Position numbers and translations under genes: made by a program. Below are positions 57,359-64,000 of a DNA stretch of 64,000 nt, piece after piece (position 1 is the first letter of the stretch; each line of letters opens with the position of its first letter). The notes under the pieces were generated by a model. That model was not told the origin of the DNA. It saw only the letters and a program-made list of their open reading frames with translations, and made no database searches. Source of the DNA: Eledone cirrhosa (Eukaryota). Location of the stretch: positions 27,900,001-27,964,000 of the forward strand of contig OZ024745.1 of the NCBI GenBank assembly GCA_964016885.1. The letters are read 5' to 3'.

Positions 57359-60300
57359 TTAACACAGGTATAATAATAATATTGCCAGGTGTAATTCAGA
57401 AAATGTAAAACAATTGAAAATGAACAAGTGCTGATAGCCACCAGCAGCAACAAGAAAGTTGTTGAACAGCCACCTCTACAAATAATTATCCTCTTCTTCA
57501 TATAATGGTAGCATGTTCTGATACAATGAAATACATAATCACACAAAGACAAACCTTTAAAAGCTGACAAAACGGTTACAGAATCTATACAAGGCGAATA
57601 TTCATTCTAAAAAGGAATATACCAATTCATGTGGGATGGAACTTCTCCCTAAACCTCTCAAACATAAAGTATAACAAAGGAAAAAATGAAATTGATCAAA
57701 TATATCAACATTCACTAAGTACGACTTCCTACTTAACGCTCAATTATCTTGACTCTGTATCTTTATAGTTATGACACTGATCGCTACTTGTCTTAGTTGA
57801 TTATATACTTGCACTAAGAACCACTAGTATTATTCGTCTTTGTTCTTACTACTGTGTTCATCCCATTAGAAGAATTTTCAATCGTTCCTCCCCTGAAATC
57901 TCCACCTAGAATCTTTTGCTCGTCTATCATTCTGTTCACCCATGAAAAATACTGATCTTCATATAATCAACCTAAAAGTACTACTCTTACCTAACTACCC
58001 ATAATCCAGTTTATAACGGTTGCATGAGACTATGGGGTGCAGACCTTACTTTTTCTAGGTTCCCTTGTAATTTGAAACAGCTTCGTGGAAAAATATTAAA
58101 TCTTTTCGAAGATTGAAGCCATTCTCATTGTTACCACAGCTAATCTCTTTCTCAATTTTCAATGAACGTTTACATTATTTCTTGCTAGGCCATCATTTGG
58201 GGGGAAATATAGCGTAAAAGTTGGTTTGAATGCGTAGATAAACAGCATACAAAACTCTTTAAGCTTTGGAGAGATAACGCTGTGGGGAATTTTTACAAAC
58301 AACTATTGTTTTCAATGTCACACGAGTGATATTCACCATTTATTTTAATGATGTTTATTCTCGCCTTATTTTTACGAGCTTTCCTGCACAAAAAACCAGT
58401 GGGATTGTTATCATCTTCATTTTCTGTATACTACATAGTCGATATTTCTATTTCAAGGTATTTATATTTAAATTATTGTACTGTGTCGATTCAATGACTC
58501 ATATCTCTAACAGTGATTTACTTAAACTACCACAGCGAGTGTATACACTATTTTCTGCATTCACTGATATTAATAGTGATAAAACAGTAGCGGTGGTAGT
58601 GTTGGTAGTCATGGTAATGGTTGTATATAAAACTTGGAGAAGATGATGAATGCTTTAGCTTATTACTAAATAACTATTTAAAGAGCAAATTCTCACTTAT
58701 TACTAATGCTGCTAACATATTAAGACATCACTTTGTTCCTCGCCTGTTTATCTAGTGTCTCTAAATAATTGTTTACTGATTTTATCTAATCCCTTTCAAG
58801 ATGTACAACTGTATTTCCGTAGTGTCATGTCCTTGGAAACATCTAATAATGTTATTGATGTTGTTGTTGGCTGTGGGTGTGCTTGTGGCAGTGAAGAATT
58901 TCGCACTGTTGTGTCAGTGTTTCGACTATGTGTTGGTGGCAATTGTCGTGTTGTGATGGGGGGGGGGGCCTAGTGATTGTTGTAATGGTGGTAAGACAGA
59001 TTTCTTTTTTTGTTTATTATATGATTATCAAGTTATCGTTAAGTGACATTTTCACGCATGATAACGTTTAAACTAATTCGGTTAAAATTTCCACATTTTC
59101 ATGTTTCATTGTAATTTCTCCTTCCACTTCTGTCTTTAAGTCTATTTAAAAAAACAACAACGTCACTAATTGCCGTATTAATGAATTGCATTACAATTAA
59201 TAATGAATTGATTAAGAAGATAATTCTAAATTGAAACTGTGTAAAAACTTTATAGATTCAGGTTTCAACTGATCCGATAGCTTTCTATACATATCCAAAC
59301 TGCTATTAGTTCTGAAATATCACCTTCAGTTTGACATTCATTTTTAAAATTGACATTTATATAATTTCAGAGTGATATTTTCTATAAGTTGTTGACGTCA
59401 TAACACTCTCAGCCAACTCTTCTTAAATACAGAGATTGAAGCACATCTTCAGTCGTTCTTTAGTATTGATGTTTTCACGTGGAAAGGTTTTATTAAAGAT
59501 TATCAACTCAATTTCAATATAAACATAATCGGCGAATAGAATTATATTTGTAGCTTTAATTGTTCCTACTTGTCACTAAACTTTACACGAAATCTTATAT
59601 AAAACTTAATAGTGTTTTCTTTATGAGAAAGTTTATATAAAGCTGCTTGGAAAAAATTTACATTTTAAATATTGTATATTTATAATCAATATTGCTTTCC
59701 TTTTAATAAGCAGAAATGTCTTATATTTCATAGAGAAAGAAAAGTGTTAATGTGACATTGATGGTTTATCAAGAGGAATGAAGATAAAAATAAATCATGG
59801 TAGGATTTGAACCCAGGCAGCTACAATAGAGAGTCAAGGTTTTGAGTCTGATTTAGCTTTTAAAGACAGCACAGCAATACATAAGTACACTCCTCGGCAT
59901 TGTTTCCACCATCTTCAACTTACCCACTCATCTGGGTATTACAGTCATAGCCTTAGACCGGGGTTACTTTCATTGACCTTTTTTATTTCATTTATCAAAG
60001 AATGTTGCACCAATGACAAAGAAAAAAAGACAGACAAATAAAAACAACAACAAATAACAAAGCAAATGATAATTCTCTGCACGAAATAACTTAGAATAGA
60101 AGAAAGCACTTTATAAATCGAGTTTAGAACTAATTTTCGATTTCCAATCATAACTATTTTATGTCACTTATATCCATGGTAATGGAGAAATTTTATTTCT
60201 ATTCACGATAAATGGGAGTGCTTCTTCTTATGTAAGAAATTAGAATGGTCAATAACACATATACTAGAGTTTTTTTTATCGTTATTGTAGTTATACTTCT

Positions 60301-60701
60301 TGTCGTTAACCTTAATGTTATTAGCAGTACTGTTACCATCTTTTCTTATATTGACATAAAATCGACATTTTGTAATGGATGTAAGAATATTCGATTGAAT
60401 TGATTCAATTTCATGATTGGTAATGATTTAATTTTTAGATGTATACAGAAGTTCCCTCCATCGAGATTTGAACTCAGAAATAGAGGTTGACATTTAGTTT
60501 GATGCTATTCAGTGCAGATAATCGATTGTATTGATTCAATTTCGTGACGAGTAGTGATTTCATTTTTAAATACAAAAGTTCCCTCTATCGAGATTCGAAC
60601 TCGGAATATAAAATGAATGAATCAATCCATCGAATGACATTAAGTCTGATGGAATTCGGTTTCTGTTATTCTTTCCTCTTTGTTAGTTTTCCTAGTTATG
60701 A

Positions 60702-61736
60702 TAATAATACACTGTCACGAGAGTCCTAATAATACACTGTCACGAGAGTCCTAATAATACACTGTCACGAGAGTCCTAATAATACACTGTCACGAGAGTC
60801 CTAATAATACACTATCACGAGAGTCCTAATAATACACTGTCACGAGAGTCTTAATAATACACTGTCACGAGAGTCCTAATAATACACTGTCACGAGAGTC
60901 CTAATAATACACTGTCACGAAAGTCCTAATAATACACTATCACGAGAGTCCTAATAATACACTGTCACGAGAGTCTTAATAATACACTGTCACGAAAGTC
61001 CTAATAATACACTGTCACGAGAGTCCTAATAATACACTGTCACGAAAGTCCTAATAATACACTATCACGAGAGTCCTAATAATACACTGTCATGAGAATC
61101 CTAATAATACACTATCACGAGAGTCCTAATAATACACTATCACGAGAGTCCTAATAATACACTGTCACGAGAGTCCTAATAATACACTGTCACGAAAGTC
61201 CTAATAATACACTGTCACGAAAGTCCTAATAATACACTGTCACGAAAGTCCTAATAATACACTGTCACGAAAGTCCTAATAATACACTGTCACGAGAGTC
61301 CTAATAATACACTGTCACGAAAGTCCTAATAATACACTATCACGAGAGTCCTAATAATACACTGTCACGAAAGTCCTAATAATACACTGTCACGAGAGTC
61401 CAAATGATACACTGTTACGAGAGTCCTAATAATACACTGTCACGAGAGTCCTAATAATACACTGTCACGAGAGTCCTAATAATGCACTGTCACGAAAGCC
61501 CTAATAATACACTGTCACGAGAGTCCAAATAATACACTATCACGAGAGTCCAAATAATACAGTGTCACGAGAGTCCTAATAATACACTGTCACGAGAGTC
61601 CAAATGATACACTGTCACGAGAGTCCAAATAATACAGTCACGAGAGTCCTAATAATACACTGTCACGAGAGTCCAAATATTACACTGTCACGAGAGTCCT
61701 AATAATACATTGTCACGAGAGTCCTAATAATACACT
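60702..61736. repeat. 25-bp minisatellite, about 41 units
   Basis: Unit TAATAATACACTGTCACGAGAGTCC. Confidence 0.97.
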
Positions 61737-62220
61737 TCTCATACTGTACTGTCAATAGTAAAAAGAATTTATGGATGTGTTTGCCTTTAATTGCTGAAAA
61801 CATAACACGTGTATGCTACAGAGTTGTTGCGGCAAATAGATAGCATGAAATGAGGTAGAAATCCTTTTCAGTTGCAGAATGTTACAATCATTTACAACTA
61901 GGTGTTTACCAGCCGATAGTATTCTGGCGTAAAAGATTATCTACATTATCACATCTGTTACTTTCTATAACATTAATTTTCTGCTGGTTTTGTGGAACAT
62001 TCTCTTAATAGTAGTGTCACACCATAAGGAGTTTCTAACAGTTTATATAGATATACGTACGTACACATACACACAGATACATACACACTCACACAAGACT
62101 CATATACACAATACACATACACACAGCACTCATATACACAACACACATATACATTCTCTCTCTCTCATTCTCTCTCACTCACACACGCGCTCGCACACAC
62201 AACACACATAGACACACACA

Positions 62221-62298
<78 letters not shown>

Positions 62299-63245
62299 AA
62301 GGCACACATATGTATATATATCGAATCAATGAAAATATAAAAATCATCCAACTAGTAGCTTTTTCCCATTGCCTTGATGCTACGAAATAGATCTCCTTAG
62401 CTTGGTGTGATAGTGCGTCGCTTGTGAGGTTATGGAGACCTTAACAAAAGCATAATTTCTGACACGATACAAAATATGTTGACTCTGCGCCCGGAAAACA
62501 AAATATTACCGACTCATGATACAACAATTCACTTATCTGTAGCGTTACTCTGTTATTTATTTCAGTAATTTGTAATTCTATACTTCGGGATTAATGACGT
62601 GTCAAATGCTTAATAAATGCTGTTGAGGTGAATTATAATATTGATAGTCTTTTAAAAGACACTACATACTCATGCTTGGGGCTGAGGGGGATTTCATCAA
62701 TCACAGAATAAATGTGAAGTCGATGCTGACATATCTTTTAAAAATTAAAAGTGTGAAATGTGCCACTATTTGCATGTAAACCATCTAGTCCGAGAATTTG
62801 AGTCTATGCGAATGTAATATTATCAGTATATAAGCCAGATGTTTATAAAACATAATCAATATAGTCATGTGACGCAATTTATTTTAAGGAAAAGTATCTA
62901 TCATTTTAGAATAGTAACATTTTTTTTTTTACTAATATACTGATTTGTATTACTTCTACTCTTGCACGTAAATTTAATCGAATGTCAAAATCGATTTGTC
63001 CAAGAATAATAGATGGTGAATAAAGTAGACTTATTATTTCATTTTACGGGGTCGATAAAATAAAATACCAGTAATACACTGGGTAATTGCTGGCCTTGTG
63101 CCAAAAAGTAGAAACAATTATTTCATTTATTTACTATTTTCGTAGATTTAACACAATTTTTCTCTTAATTCTTTCGTTACTACTCTCTTTGTTTTATACA
63201 CAATTTTATTACGAACATTTTATCTAGGTTTATAAAGTATACATT

Positions 63246-63877
63246 AGTATCTACTATTGTCAGATATATTGATAACATCCGCCAGAGGTTAACCTTGCTT
63301 TTCATCCTTCCCAAGTCGACAAAATGAATATGGATCATCATAAGGCGGGCCCCACTACTAGAAAATCCAAGGCAATTAGGCGTGCTATTCAGAAAACCAA
63401 CGTAAAGCAATAGGGTCGATTTAATCGACTTTCCCCTCCCCTAAATCGACCCCATTGCTTTACGTTGGTTTTCTGAATAGCACGCCTAATTGCCTTGGAT
63501 TTTCTAGTAGTGGGGCCCGCCTTATGATGATCCATATTCTATGATTGCCCATGCCTGGCTTAAAGGGTCACACACCTCTGTCTGACATCCATTGTGTGTA
63601 CTGATATCTTGTGCACTGAAACGTGACCGTTAACATACTTCTGCGGGACAACTAAATAAGGTTCCTTTCATTTAGCACGTGATAATAGTCAAGTATTATT
63701 TTGGTTCTTTCTAGCTTAGGCATAACACCAGCAATTTCTTTTTAGTTGGGGGTTGTGGGATAAGTCAATTACATTGACCCCAAATGCTTGACTGGTACTT
63801 CATTTTGTCGAGTTGGGAAGGATGAAAAGCAAGGTTAACCTCTGGCGGATGTTATCAATATATTTGACAATAGTAGA

Positions 63878-63882
<5 letters not shown>
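63246..63882. repeat. Inverted duplication with internal deletion (nested inverted repeats)
   Basis: 63325-63423 pairs with 63441-63539; 63246-63327 pairs with ~63798-63882. Confidence 0.9.
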
Positions 63883-63948
<66 letters not shown>

Positions 63949-64000
63949 ATGGTTTCTTATTCTAGTAGTAGTAGTAGTAGTAGGTGGCGGTAGTGGTGGC

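Overview
Eukaryotic, strongly AT-rich, gene-poor DNA, dense in microsatellites and mobile-element debris. The SINE/LINE/Penelope mix suggests a coleoid cephalopod such as Octopus (inference, not verified). No host protein-coding gene can be supported; almost all long ORFs are microsatellite or satellite artefacts. Recognisable elements: two tRNA-derived SINE families, RTE, R4-like, CR1/Jockey-like, Tx1-like and CRE retrotransposon fragments, two Penelope-like (GIY-YIG) remnants, a Chapaev3-like transposase relic, a mariner-type MITE, a non-autonomous Helitron, and 22-, 25- and 41-bp minisatellites. Main highlights: (1) about nine hand-folded type I hammerhead ribozyme motifs from several unrelated repeat families, four with intact cores; (2) a ~440-450 nt non-coding, hammerhead-bearing unit integrated as circularly permuted >1-mers with inverted 5' fragments (retrozyme-like); (3) a ~6.9 kb fold-back whose arms carry 22-bp satellite arrays. 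All folds and alignments were read by eye, and boundaries of degraded elements are approximate.
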